From assembly GCA_044223005.1 (NCBI GenBank), contig JBGAML010000016.1:32001-96000 (forward strand): a DNA stretch of 64,000 bases. The letters are read 5' to 3'. The notes beneath the pieces were generated by a model that was given only the letters and a program-made list of their open reading frames with translations, did not search any database and was not told where the DNA came from. Below are positions 19,764 through 29,600 of this stretch, piece by piece. The translations under genes and the position numbers were made by a program. Origin of the DNA: Candidatus Eiseniibacteriota bacterium (GTDB lineage Bacteria > Eisenbacteria > RBG-16-71-46). The first letter of the stretch is position 1, and each line of letters begins with the position of its first letter.

Positions 19764-20453
19764 ATGGCCGGATACAAGGACAAGCTCAAGGATCTCGCGC
19801 ACGCCACGCTCGACCCGGTCGTGAACGGGCTCGCCGCCGCCGGCCTGCGGCCGAACCACGTCACCGGCCTGGGGTTCGTGCTCAGCCTCGGGGCCGCCTA
19901 CGGCTTCGCCATCGGCCGCTTCCGCATGGCGGCGCTCATCACCTGCTTCGCCGGCGTCTGCGACATCCTCGACGGCCAGCTGGCTCGCCGGACGGGAGGC
20001 GAGACCAAGTTCGGCGCCTTCCTCGATTCCACGCTCGACCGCGTCTCGGAAGCGGCCGTGCTCGTGGGCATCTCGTGGTTCTACCTCTTCAACCTGGTGG
20101 ACATGGCCATCGATCCGCAGCGGGTGCTGGCGAACCTGCAGCGCGGCCTCGAGCCGGTCACCTGGGCCGTGATCTCCCTGCTCGCCGTGCTGGCGCTGGT
20201 GGGGTCGTTCATGGTGTCCTACACCCGGGCGCGGGCCGAAGGGCTCGGGCTCGACTGCAAGGTCGGCTGGTTCGAGCGACCCGAGCGGATGGTGCTGCTC
20301 ATCATCATGGGATTCGCGGGGCTCGGTCCGGTCATCCCGGCCGGTTTGCTCCTGTTGGTCGCGTTGACGTTCGCCACGGCGTTCCAGCGGATGGCGCACG
20401 TGTGGTCTCGCACCCGGACCGCGGGTGGCGAGTCCGATTCCACGGAGGCATGA
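19764..20453 (+). CDS. CDP-alcohol phosphatidyltransferase, phosphatidylinositol-phosphate synthase type
   Basis: DILDGQLAR...[11 protein letters not shown] and [11 protein letters not shown]...GWFERPER, as in PIP/AIP synthases; adjacent to ino1. Alternative GTG start at 19728. Confidence 0.88.
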   Translation: MAGYKDKLKDLAHATLDPVVNGLAAAGLRPNHVTGLGFVLSLGAAYGFAIGRFRMAALITCFAGVCDILDGQLARRTGGETKFGAFLDSTLDRVSEAAVLVGISWFYLFNLVDMAIDPQRVLANLQRGLEPVTWAVISLLAVLALVGSFMVSYTRARAEGLGLDCKVGWFERPERMVLLIIMGFAGLGPVIPAGLLLLVALTFATAFQRMAHVWSRTRTAGGESDSTEA

Positions 20454-21733
20454 AGTCCATGGGCAACAAGGTTCGTGTCGCGATCATCGGCGTGGGCAAC
20501 TGCGCCTCGTCGTTCGTGCAGGGGCTCCACTACTACCGGAACGCGAAGGAAACCGACCGCATTCCCGGGCTCATGCACGTCAACCTGGGCGGCTACCACA
20601 TCCGCGACGTCGAGATCGTGGCCGCGATCGACATCGACAAGAACAAGGTCGGCAAGGACGTGTCCGAGGCGATCGTGACGTGGCCGAACAACACGGCCGT
20701 GTTCGCGAAAGTGCCGAAGCTCGGCGTCAAGGTGCAGCGCGGCATGACGCACGACGGCCTGGGCAAGTACCTCTCGCAGATCATCCAGAAGGCGCCGGGC
20801 TCCACGGTCGACATCGTCAAGCTGCTCAAGGACACGAAGACCGACGTGGTCGTGAACTACCTGCCCGTGGGCTCGGAAGAGGCCACGAAGTGGTACGTCG
20901 AGCAGGTGCTCGAGGCCGGCTGCGCGTTCGTGAACTGCATCCCGGTGTTCATCGCGCGCGAGAAGTACTGGCAGCAGCGCTTCGAGAAGAAGGGCCTGCC
21001 GGTGATCGGCGACGACATCAAGTCGCAGGTCGGCGCCACGATCACGCACCGCGTGCTCGCGAACCTGTTCGTCGATCGCGGCGTGCGCATCGACCGCACG
21101 TACCAGCTGAACTTCGGCGGCAACACCGACTTCATGAACATGCTCGAACGCGAGCGGCTGGAGTCCAAGAAGATCAGCAAGACGTCGGCCGTCACGAGCA
21201 ACATCCCGTACGACCTGCCGGCCGAAGACGTGCACGTCGGGCCGTCGGACTACGTGCCGTGGCTCAAGGACCGCAAGTGGTGCCACATCCGCATGGAGGG
21301 CACGACGTTCGGCGACGTGCCGCTCAACCTCGAGATGAAGCTCGAGGTGTGGGACTCGCCCAACTCGGCCGGCGTCGTGATCGACGCGGTGCGCTGCGCC
21401 AAGCTGGGGCTCGACCACGGCCTCAAGGGCGCCCTGGTCGCGCCGTCGTCCTACTTCAAGAAGTCGCCGCCGGTGCAGATCCCGGACGACATCTCGCGCG
21501 AGCTCGTCGAGAGCTACATCAAGGATCCGAAGGGCGTGGAGGCGAAGCTGCGCGTGAACGCTCCGACGCTCAAGCGCGAAGGCCCGCCCAAGGGCAAGAA
21601 GTCCACGACGAAGCCTTCGCCGGTCGCGAAGGAGAACGTCAAGGTCTCGGCCAACGGGCACGCTCCGGCGAAGGCGAAGCCGGCGGCGCGCAAGCCCGCT
21701 CGCAAGGGCCGCGCGGTCGCGCGCGCCAAGTAG
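20450..21733 (+). CDS. ino1: Inositol-3-phosphate (myo-inositol-1-phosphate) synthase with a basic C-terminal tail
   Basis: [65 protein letters not shown]. Confidence 0.96.
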   Translation: MKSMGNKVRVAIIGVGNCASSFVQGLHYYRNAKETDRIPGLMHVNLGGYHIRDVEIVAAIDIDKNKVGKDVSEAIVTWPNNTAVFAKVPKLGVKVQRGMTHDGLGKYLSQIIQKAPGSTVDIVKLLKDTKTDVVVNYLPVGSEEATKWYVEQVLEAGCAFVNCIPVFIAREKYWQQRFEKKGLPVIGDDIKSQVGATITHRVLANLFVDRGVRIDRTYQLNFGGNTDFMNMLERERLESKKISKTSAVTSNIPYDLPAEDVHVGPSDYVPWLKDRKWCHIRMEGTTFGDVPLNLEMKLEVWDSPNSAGVVIDAVRCAKLGLDHGLKGALVAPSSYFKKSPPVQIPDDISRELVESYIKDPKGVEAKLRVNAPTLKREGPPKGKKSTTKPSPVAKENVKVSANGHAPAKAKPAARKPARKGRAVARAK

Positions 21734-21740
21734 GTTCTCC

Positions 21741-22373
21741 GTGCCGGGGACGTTCGTCACCTTCGAAGGGGGCGAAGGCTCCGGGAAGTCCACGCAGGTC
21801 GCGCGGCTCGCCGCGCGCCTGCGGGCACACGGACTCGATCCGCTCGTCACTCGAGAGCCCGGAGGCACTCCGCTCGCGGAGGGCATCCGGGCTCTCCTGC
21901 TCGATCCCGACCGGCGGCCGGTGCCGCTCGCCGAGGCGCTGCTCATGGAGGCCTCGCGCGCGCAGCTCGTGGACACGGTGCTGCGGCCGGCGCTCGCGTC
22001 GGGCCGCGTCGTGCTGTGCGATCGCTACGACGACTCGACGCTCGCTTACCAGGGCGCCGGACGCGGGCTCGACCCCGCGATGCTCGAAGCATGGAATCGC
22101 GCCGCGACCGGTGGGCTGGTGCCCGACCTGACACTGCTGTTCGACCTGCCGCCCGCGGCGGGCCTGGCGCGGCGCGAAAAGGCGGTGGGAACGCCCAATC
22201 GGCTGGATCGCGAATCGCACGATTTTCACGTCCGCGTCAGGGCGCGTTACCTCGAACTGGCGGCCGCGTCGCCCGAGCGCTGGCGCGTGCTCGACGCGTC
22301 GCAGTCGCAGGACGAACTCGAGTCGCGCGTGTGGGAGTTGGTGGCCCCGCGACTGGGCCTGACGGTCGCCTGA
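21741..22373 (+). CDS. tmk: Thymidylate (dTMP) kinase
   Basis: FVTFEGGEGSGKSTQ, TREPGGT, LCDRYDDSTLAYQG, PDLT. Confidence 0.97.
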   Translation: MPGTFVTFEGGEGSGKSTQVARLAARLRAHGLDPLVTREPGGTPLAEGIRALLLDPDRRPVPLAEALLMEASRAQLVDTVLRPALASGRVVLCDRYDDSTLAYQGAGRGLDPAMLEAWNRAATGGLVPDLTLLFDLPPAAGLARREKAVGTPNRLDRESHDFHVRVRARYLELAAASPERWRVLDASQSQDELESRVWELVAPRLGLTVA

Positions 22374-22490
22374 CGCTTCCGCGCCGGGGCGCGGGAGGCC
22401 CGGAAGCGCGTGATATAGTTCCCCTCCGCCGATCCCCGTCACCGGCTCCGCCGTGGGAGCCGCCCCCGAAGAGCTTCCTCTGGAGGGCTC

Positions 22491-24086
22491 GTGATCCGTC
22501 GACGCATCCTGCTGGCCGCCGTGCTCGCCGTGCTGTTCGGCATCGGCTGGGGCGTGGGCCGTGGCCGCGCGGGTGGCGACCTCTATCGCAATCTCGACAC
22601 GTTCGTCGAGGTGCTGCATGCGGTGCAGGCGAGCTATGTGGATCCGGTGCAGCCGCGGCCGCTGATCGAAGGCGGGCTGCGCGGCATGCTGCAGTCGCTC
22701 GATCCGTATTCGCGCTTCCTGTCGCAGGCGGAGTACGAAGGCCTGCGCGGCACGCTCGACGAACAGTTCGAAGGCATCGGCCTGCTCCTCGACGTGCACC
22801 AGGGCGCACCGATCGTCGTGACGCCGGTCGAAGGTTCGCCGGCGTGGGAAGCCGGGCTGCTGCCGGGGGACGTGATCTCCAAGGTGGATGGCCACTCCAC
22901 GCTGGGGCACACGCTCGCCGACATCGCGGGCTGGCTGAAGGGGCCCGCGGGCAAGAGCGTGACGCTGCAGGTGCTGCGCACGGGCGAGACCGAGCCGCTC
23001 GATCTCACGCTGGTGCGGCGCACCGTGGACGCGCCGAGCGTGACGGCGGCGTTCCTGCCCGAGCCGGGCATCGGCTACGTGCGGCTCTCGAGCTTCGGCG
23101 AGCACGCGGGTGCCGAACTCGGCGCCGCGATCGATTCGCTGCGCCTGAGCGGCGCGCGCGCGCTCGTGCTCGACCTGCGCGGCAACCCGGGCGGCCTCGT
23201 CGCGCAGGCGATCGAGGTCGTGCAGCCGTTCGTGCGCGAGGGCTCGCTCGTGGTCACGACCCGCGGTCGCGCGGCGCCCGAGCGCAAGTTCCTCGCGGCC
23301 CGCGCGCGCACGGGCGTCGACTGGCCGCTGGCGGTGCTGATCGACGGCGGCAGCGCGTCGGCATCGGAAATCGTCGCCGGGTCGCTGCAGGACGTCGACC
23401 GCGCGCTCGTGGTGGGCCAGCACAGCTTCGGCAAGGGCTCCGTGCAGGACGTGATGCCGCTGCGCAACCGCGAGGGCGCGATCCAGTTGACGACCGCGTG
23501 GTACCACACGCCGAGCGGACGTTCGCTGCAGGCCGCGAACGCGGCCGCCGCGGCCGACGACGAGGACGAGGAAGACGCCGCGAGTGACGATTCGACCTCG
23601 GCGCCCAGGTCCGACACCGCGACCGCCGCCGTCTTCCACACCGCCTCCGGCCGCGTCGTGCACGCGGGTGGGGTCGAGCCCGACCTCGAGGTGAAGCCCG
23701 ATACGCTGCCGCCGCTCACGCTGGCGCTCGAAGGCCGTCGCGTGGCGTTCCGGTTCGCGAAGGACTGGGTGCCGGCGCACGGCGCGAGCGCGGACACGGC
23801 CGCCGTGAGTGCGTATCGCAAGGCGGCCGCCGCGGCGGGCGTCACGATCACCGACGCGGGCTGGGAGCGCGAGCGCGACGCGATCGAGCGCGGCCTGAGG
23901 CGCGAGCTCGCCCGGCGCGCGGGCGGCGCCGCCGCCGCCGCGCGGATCGAGCTCGAGCGCGACCCGGTCTGGGCGCGCGCGGCCGTCGTGCTGCGGCAGG
24001 CGCACTCGGCGTCGCAGGTGTTCGCGATCGCCACCGGCAAGCCGGTGGCCCCGGCGCCGGTGCGCCGATCCGTGCGAGGGAAGTGA
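22491..24086 (+). CDS. S41A carboxyl-terminal processing protease (CtpA/Prc-like, PDZ)
   Basis: LDPYS, FEGIG, GSPAWEAGL, LDLRGNPGG, SASASEIVAG (Ser), SFGKGSVQ (Lys). Confidence 0.94.
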   Translation: MIRRRILLAAVLAVLFGIGWGVGRGRAGGDLYRNLDTFVEVLHAVQASYVDPVQPRPLIEGGLRGMLQSLDPYSRFLSQAEYEGLRGTLDEQFEGIGLLLDVHQGAPIVVTPVEGSPAWEAGLLPGDVISKVDGHSTLGHTLADIAGWLKGPAGKSVTLQVLRTGETEPLDLTLVRRTVDAPSVTAAFLPEPGIGYVRLSSFGEHAGAELGAAIDSLRLSGARALVLDLRGNPGGLVAQAIEVVQPFVREGSLVVTTRGRAAPERKFLAARARTGVDWPLAVLIDGGSASASEIVAGSLQDVDRALVVGQHSFGKGSVQDVMPLRNREGAIQLTTAWYHTPSGRSLQAANAAAAADDEDEEDAASDDSTSAPRSDTATAAVFHTASGRVVHAGGVEPDLEVKPDTLPPLTLALEGRRVAFRFAKDWVPAHGASADTAAVSAYRKAAAAAGVTITDAGWERERDAIERGLRRELARRAGGAAAAARIELERDPVWARAAVVLRQAHSASQVFAIATGKPVAPAPVRRSVRGK

Positions 24087-24091
24087 CGCGC

Positions 24092-24802
24092 ATGCCGTTC
24101 GCGTACCTCTGCGACTTCGACGGCACCATTTCGCCCCAGGACATCGGCGCCGCATTCGTGGAGCGCTTCTCCGCGGGCCGGGACGCCGAGCGCGAGGCGC
24201 TGCTGGCGCGCTGGTTCGCCGGCGGTCTCGGGCACCGCGAACTGACGACGGGGGAGCTCGCGCTCGTGGACGCGAGCCTCGAGGAGGCGCTCGAGTTCGC
24301 GCGCACGTTCCGCCTCGATCCGCATTTCGCGCCGTTCGTGCGCGAGGCGCGCGGGCGTGGCGACGCGGTGATGATCGTGAGCGAGGGGCTCGATTTCTAC
24401 GTGCGCGACCATCTCGCGCGCGCCGGGTTCCCCGACCTGCCGTGGGCGGCGAACGGCGCGCGGTTCGAGGGGCGCGCGGTGCACGCCGAGTTCCCGTTCG
24501 CGGATCCCGGCTGCGAATCGTGCGGCAACTGCAAGGCCCAGCACGTGCGCCGTTATCGCGGTCGCGGCTTCCACACGGTGCTGGTGGGTGACGGCCTGTC
24601 CGACCGCTGTGGCGCGCGCGCGGCCGACACCGTGCTGGCGCGCGGCGACCTGCTCGCGTGGTGCGAGCGCGAGCGGTTGCCGCACGTGCCGTTCGAGCAC
24701 TTCGGCGACGTCGCGGAATGGGCCCGCGGCCGCGATCTCGCGGCGCCGCTGCCGCGCCCGTCGCGTTCCGGCGCGCGGAGCGCGCGGAGGGCCGCGCGAT
24801 GA
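24092..24802 (+). CDS. HAD-IB family phosphatase (MtnX-like)
   Basis: CDFDGTI, IVSEGLDFY, CESCGNCK, VGDGLSDRC. Confidence 0.88.
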   Translation: MPFAYLCDFDGTISPQDIGAAFVERFSAGRDAEREALLARWFAGGLGHRELTTGELALVDASLEEALEFARTFRLDPHFAPFVREARGRGDAVMIVSEGLDFYVRDHLARAGFPDLPWAANGARFEGRAVHAEFPFADPGCESCGNCKAQHVRRYRGRGFHTVLVGDGLSDRCGARAADTVLARGDLLAWCERERLPHVPFEHFGDVAEWARGRDLAAPLPRPSRSGARSARRAAR

Positions 24803-25845
24803 AGGTGGGTCCGGTCGAGTTCGAGACCCCGTTCGTGCTCGCGCCGCTCGCCGGCGTGAGCGATTCGCCGTTCCGCCAGCTGGCGCGCGAACAGGGGGCC
24901 GGCGCGGTCTACACCGAGATGGTCTCCGCGGACGGCCTCGTGCGCGGCAACGCCGCGACCATGGACTACATCGCGTTCGAGCCGCACGAGCGCCCGATCG
25001 GCGTGCAGCTGTTCGGCTCTGATCCCGCGATCATGGCCGACGCGACGCGGGTGCTGTCGGAACTGCCGCCCGAGAAGCGCCCGGACCTGGTCGACATCAA
25101 CATGGGCTGCCCGGTCCGCAAGGTCGTGACGCGCTGCGCCGGCGCCGCCCTGCTGCAGGACGTGCCGCTCATCGAACGGATCGTGCGCGCGATGTCCGAC
25201 GCGACGCCCCTGCCCGTGACGGCCAAGATCCGCCTCGGCTGGGACGGCGAGTCGCGCAACGTGGTCGAGGTGGCCAAGGCCCTCGAAGGCTCCGGGGCCG
25301 CCGCGGTCGCGATTCACGCCCGCACGCGGGCCGAGAAGTTCGAGGGCACGGCCCACTGGGACCTGATCGCCGAGGCCAAGCGGGCCGTGGGGATCCCGGT
25401 GATCGGCAACGGCGATGTGAAGACCGCCGCCGACGCCGTGCGGATGCTCGAGACGACCGGCTGCGACGGCGTCATGCTCGGGCGGGCGGCCTTCGGCGAC
25501 CCCTGGGTGTTCCGGCGGATCCGGGCGCTGGCCGAGCGCGGCGAGGTCCTGCCGCCGCCCACCGCTCAGGAGCGGCTCGAGGCGGGGGTCCGCCACCTGC
25601 ACATGCTGGTCGCGACTGCGGGCGAGCGGGTCGCCGCCAAGGAGATGCGCAAGCACGTCGCCTGGTACATCAAGGGGCTCCCGCACAGCCATCGGGTCCG
25701 CGAGCAGGTCAACCGCACCCGCTCGGCCGCCGAGATGGTGGAGCTGATGCAGCTCTACCTCGCCGAGCTGGCCGCCCACGGCCTCGAGCACTTCGCGCCC
25801 GAGCCGGCGGCCGTGGACGCCGGCTCGCTGCCGACGGCCGGCTGA
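24799..25845 (+). CDS. dusB: tRNA-dihydrouridine synthase B
   Basis: LAPLAGVSD, YTEMVS, QLFGS, DINMGCPV, KIRLGW, HARTR, IGNGDV, MRKHVAWY. Confidence 0.95.
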   Translation: MKVGPVEFETPFVLAPLAGVSDSPFRQLAREQGAGAVYTEMVSADGLVRGNAATMDYIAFEPHERPIGVQLFGSDPAIMADATRVLSELPPEKRPDLVDINMGCPVRKVVTRCAGAALLQDVPLIERIVRAMSDATPLPVTAKIRLGWDGESRNVVEVAKALEGSGAAAVAIHARTRAEKFEGTAHWDLIAEAKRAVGIPVIGNGDVKTAADAVRMLETTGCDGVMLGRAAFGDPWVFRRIRALAERGEVLPPPTAQERLEAGVRHLHMLVATAGERVAAKEMRKHVAWYIKGLPHSHRVREQVNRTRSAAEMVELMQLYLAELAAHGLEHFAPEPAAVDAGSLPTAG

Positions 25846-26263
25846 GCGCCCCAGCGCCGCCGCGGTCCACCCGGGCCGCCGCCTCGCGGGCGAACCGACG
25901 ATTTTGGAGCAGCTTGCGGGAGCGCTCCTCGGCGGCGGCCGGCGACCACGCGAGCGGACGTCCCGAGACGTCGCGGCGAGAGCGCGAGTCGGATGTGCTC
26001 GCGCCGCGATCGGGGCTCCCAGAGCGCCACTTCCTGGCGCGATGCCGCCCCGGAAGTCGAAGTGAAAAAGAAGGATGCTGGGCGGCAGTGGCGATGGGAT
26101 CCAGGCCTGGCCGGCGCTGGTCCCGGGGGCGCCGGAGCGTCGCTTCCGAGCGATGGAACGGGCCGCTCGGAGGGGGTGTGGAGAGTCGGTCGCGCACGTG
26201 CAGGTGCGTGAAAAAACGTCGCTTGTCCGTTTCGAAGAGTTCAAGATCCGGTGAAAAAACGGA

Positions 26264-26292
26264 TTGACAGAGACCTGATGCCCGCCTAGCCT
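26264..26292 (+). promoter_or_regulatory. Sigma70-type promoter of the giant surface-protein gene
   Basis: TTGACA-17 bp-TAGCCT preceded by an A-tract. Confidence 0.7.
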
Positions 26293-26299
26293 TTGTTGC

Positions 26300-26638
26300 G
26301 TGTTGGTAGGTGCGGTCCCCCCGTACCCCGACGCAAGAACGCACCTCATACAGTTCCGCGGCTGGAAGAAGCACGTCTCGGCTGGCAGCGGCCGACGTCT
26401 TCGCCCGGCTCACAAAGAGATCGTACGCACCATGTGTCGTGGGAAGCCCGAACTGCCTAAGGGTGACTCGCGGCAGCGGAAAGGAGGGATGGCTCCAGAG
26501 GAGTGTAGCAACTGCCGTCGGATGGCTCGCCATGCGTGAGAGCTCCCGTCGGCGATTTGTTTTTGCGACACCTCGCTCGCAATCCGTTGCTGGAAGACTT
26601 CGCATTGCCCATGCATTGCGACGATGGAGGTAGTCCCT
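26300..26638 (+). other. Long structured 5' leader (~340 nt), candidate cis-regulatory RNA
   Basis: Helices AGGTGCG/CGCACCT, TCGGCTG/CGGCCGA, CTGCC/GGCAG, GGAG/CTCC and TCGCA/TGCGA between promoter and RBS. Confidence 0.4.
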
Positions 26639-29600
26639 ATGAAGAAAGCTTTCCTCGCACTGCTTCTCCTCGTTGGAGCGGCTGCGATGATGGCGAGTGC
26701 CGCGTTTGCCCTGGACGGACAGAACGAGTTCACGGGCATCCAGCGGTCGCACGCGAGCCTCGCGACCCGGGCGCAGAACGCCGGGACGATGGGCGGCGCG
26801 GCGGCGATCTACGACACCACGTGGGTCGGCCACTCGGCCTCGAACCATTTCAACGCTGCGAACAACTGGTGGAACATCTACACCGGTACGTATCGCCCCG
26901 GCGTCGCGATCGCCAACAACGCCCTGTGGGATTTCGAAGATCTCACGAACATGGCGGCTGGCTTCGCGGACTCGCTGCAGGGCTGGTGGCCGACCGGGGA
27001 CCGTCAGGGTTCCGTGGCCGGCTTCACGGATGACCTGCTGTACTCGTACCTCGGCCTGGATCACGGCAACCAGGTGAACTACGCGATGCGTGGTTACCTG
27101 GGCCGTACGAAGGGCGTCATTGGCGCGTGGCACGCGGATCCCGGCAAGAACGCGGGCATCGGTGTGACGTGGGCGCCGATGAGCGGCAGCTACTCGGCCT
27201 GGTGCGGTCTGCGCGAGACGAACGACAACACCGTCATCGACCAGGTGACGAAGAACCCGTTCAACTCGTCCACCGCCGAGTTCAACAACCTGCTCGTGGG
27301 CCTGACGGCGAAGAACTACCCCGGCTACTGCCGTTCGTGGGACCAGATGCTGTATCGCGATCTGGCTCCGACGGCGGGTCAGCCGCTGACGCTGTCGTTC
27401 CTCTACCGCACGCGCATGTCGCTGGGTGCGAACACCTCGACGACCGGCCGCATCGGCTGGTTCCATGGTGACCCGCTCTCGACGACGCCGGGCAACTTCA
27501 TCAGCGCGGCTGCGTCTGCGCCGACGACGATCGTGGACTCGTTCCAGGTGTTCATCGGCGTGCCGGTCAATGAGGCCGCGGTGACGCTTTCGAACGGCAC
27601 GACCGCTCCGGTGTACGACAAGCAGCGTCGTTGGTTCTCGGAAGTCGTGCAGATGTTCAATGGCGCGCCGCTGTACGAAGTCATGTCGCGTGCGGGTGCG
27701 AACCCGGCCACGACCGACACGACGGGCTTCAACTCGTTCTCGGCCGTCATCGACGCTCCGACCGTCGCGAGCATCACGGGCTTCGCCGGCAACCCGACGG
27801 GCAACGTCCGTCTCGTGTTCCGCGTGAAGACGAACAGCTCGTTCGACGATCAGGCCGGCACGTTCAACTCCGCCAGCCGTGGCGCCGCGCAGATCGACGA
27901 CGTCACGATCCAGTGGGGCGCTGCTGCCGCCAGCAACATCGGTGACTTCGAAGGCCTCGAGCAGAGCGGCCCCAACTCGATCGACAACCGGTTCGACGGC
28001 ACGCACCAGGTGAACTACGCGATGCGTGGTTACCTGGGCCGTACGAAGGGCGTCATTGGCGCGTGGCACGCGGATCCCGGCAAGAACGCGGGCATCGGTG
28101 TGACGTGGGCGCCGATGAGCGGCAGCTACTCGGCCTGGTGTGGTCTGCGCGAGACGAACGACAACACCGTCATCGACCAGGTGACGAAGAACCCCTTCAA
28201 CGCCACCACGGCGGAGTTCAACGTCCAGAACGTGGGGCTCACGGCGAAGAACTTCCCCGGCTATTGCCGCCAGTGGGACCAGATGCTGTATCGCGACCTG
28301 GTGCCGACGGCGGGTCAGCCGCTGACGCTGTCGTTCCTGTACCGCACGCGCATGTCGCTGGGTGCGAACACCTCGACGACCGGCCGCATCGGCTGGTTCC
28401 ATGGCGACCCGCTTTGGACGGCGGCCGGCAACTTCATCAGCGCGGCGGCCGCTGCGCCGACGACGATCGTCGACTCGTTTCAGGTCTACGTCGGCGTGCC
28501 CGTCAACGACGCGGCCGTCACGCTCTCGAACGGCAACGTCTCGCCGGTGTTTGACCCGCAGCGCCGCTGGTTCTCGGAAGTCCTCCAGATGTTCAACGGC
28601 GCGCCGATGGTCGAGGTCATGGCGCGTGCGGGTGCGAACCCGGCGACGACCGACACGACAGGCTTCGTCACGTTCTCGACGACGATCGAGGCCCCGACGG
28701 TGGCGAGCATCGCCACGTCTCCCCTGAACCCGACGGGCAATGTCCGTCTCGTGTTCCGCGTCAAGACGAACAGCTCGTTCGACGACCAGGCCGGCAACTT
28801 CGACTCCGCCAGCCGTGGCGCCGCGCAGATCGACGACGTCACGATCCAGTGGGGCGCTGCTGCCGCCAGCAACATCGGTGACTTCGAAGGCCTCGAGCAG
28901 AGCGGCCCCAACTCGATCGACAACCGGTTCGACGGCACGCACACGGCCGTGACGAACTGGCGCTCGACCGGTCGTCCGACGCCGAACGACTGGCACGCGA
29001 CGCCGCTGACCGGCCTGCCGTGGTCCGACATCTGTGGACCGATCGGCGCGGCGACGCGTACGTGCAACATGATCGGCAACGTCCTGGACGCCGGCAACGC
29101 CGACCAGGGCGAGGCGCTCGGCGATCCTTCGACCGACGCCACGATCGAGTTCCGTTCGGGCGCCATCTCCCCGACCATCGACCTGACGACGACCGTGAGC
29201 CCGAACCCCATGGGCATCACGTCGGCGATCGTCGGCGGCTCGGATGACTACTACATCCGCTACGACGTCTACACGGGTGACTTCGACGCGCTCGGCAACA
29301 CGGGCGTGTTCTGGTGGTGGGCGGCGCAGTCGTACCCGAACGTCCAGGCCAACGGCGCCAAGACGTGGGGCGACATCACCGCCGGCGGTACGATCCTGTA
29401 CGAGCCGGATATCCGTTGCTACGGCGACATCGAGCCGCTGAAGGCCAAGAGCAAGATCCAGACGTCGAACGCGTCCGGCCTGCCGGATTCGCTCCGCATC
29501 TACCTGGGTCTGTACGCGCTCAACGGCTTCTACGGCGACCCGCTCGGCGCCAACCCGGCGTTCGGTTGCTACTTCGACAACGTCTCGCTCGCCATCGTCA

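Noticed and set aside
23556..23595. Acidic run DDEDEEDAASDD in the S41 protease
   Set aside because: Falls in a variable loop of CtpA-type proteases; no evidence of separate function.
26430..26530. Definite SAM-I or c-di-GMP-II riboswitch call
   Set aside because: Only fragments of each consensus are present; kept as an unassigned structured leader.
27069..28942. Diversity-generating retroelement TR/VR pair
   Set aside because: Mismatches are largely synonymous G/C changes rather than adenine-specific, the repeats are too long, and no reverse transcriptase is in the window.
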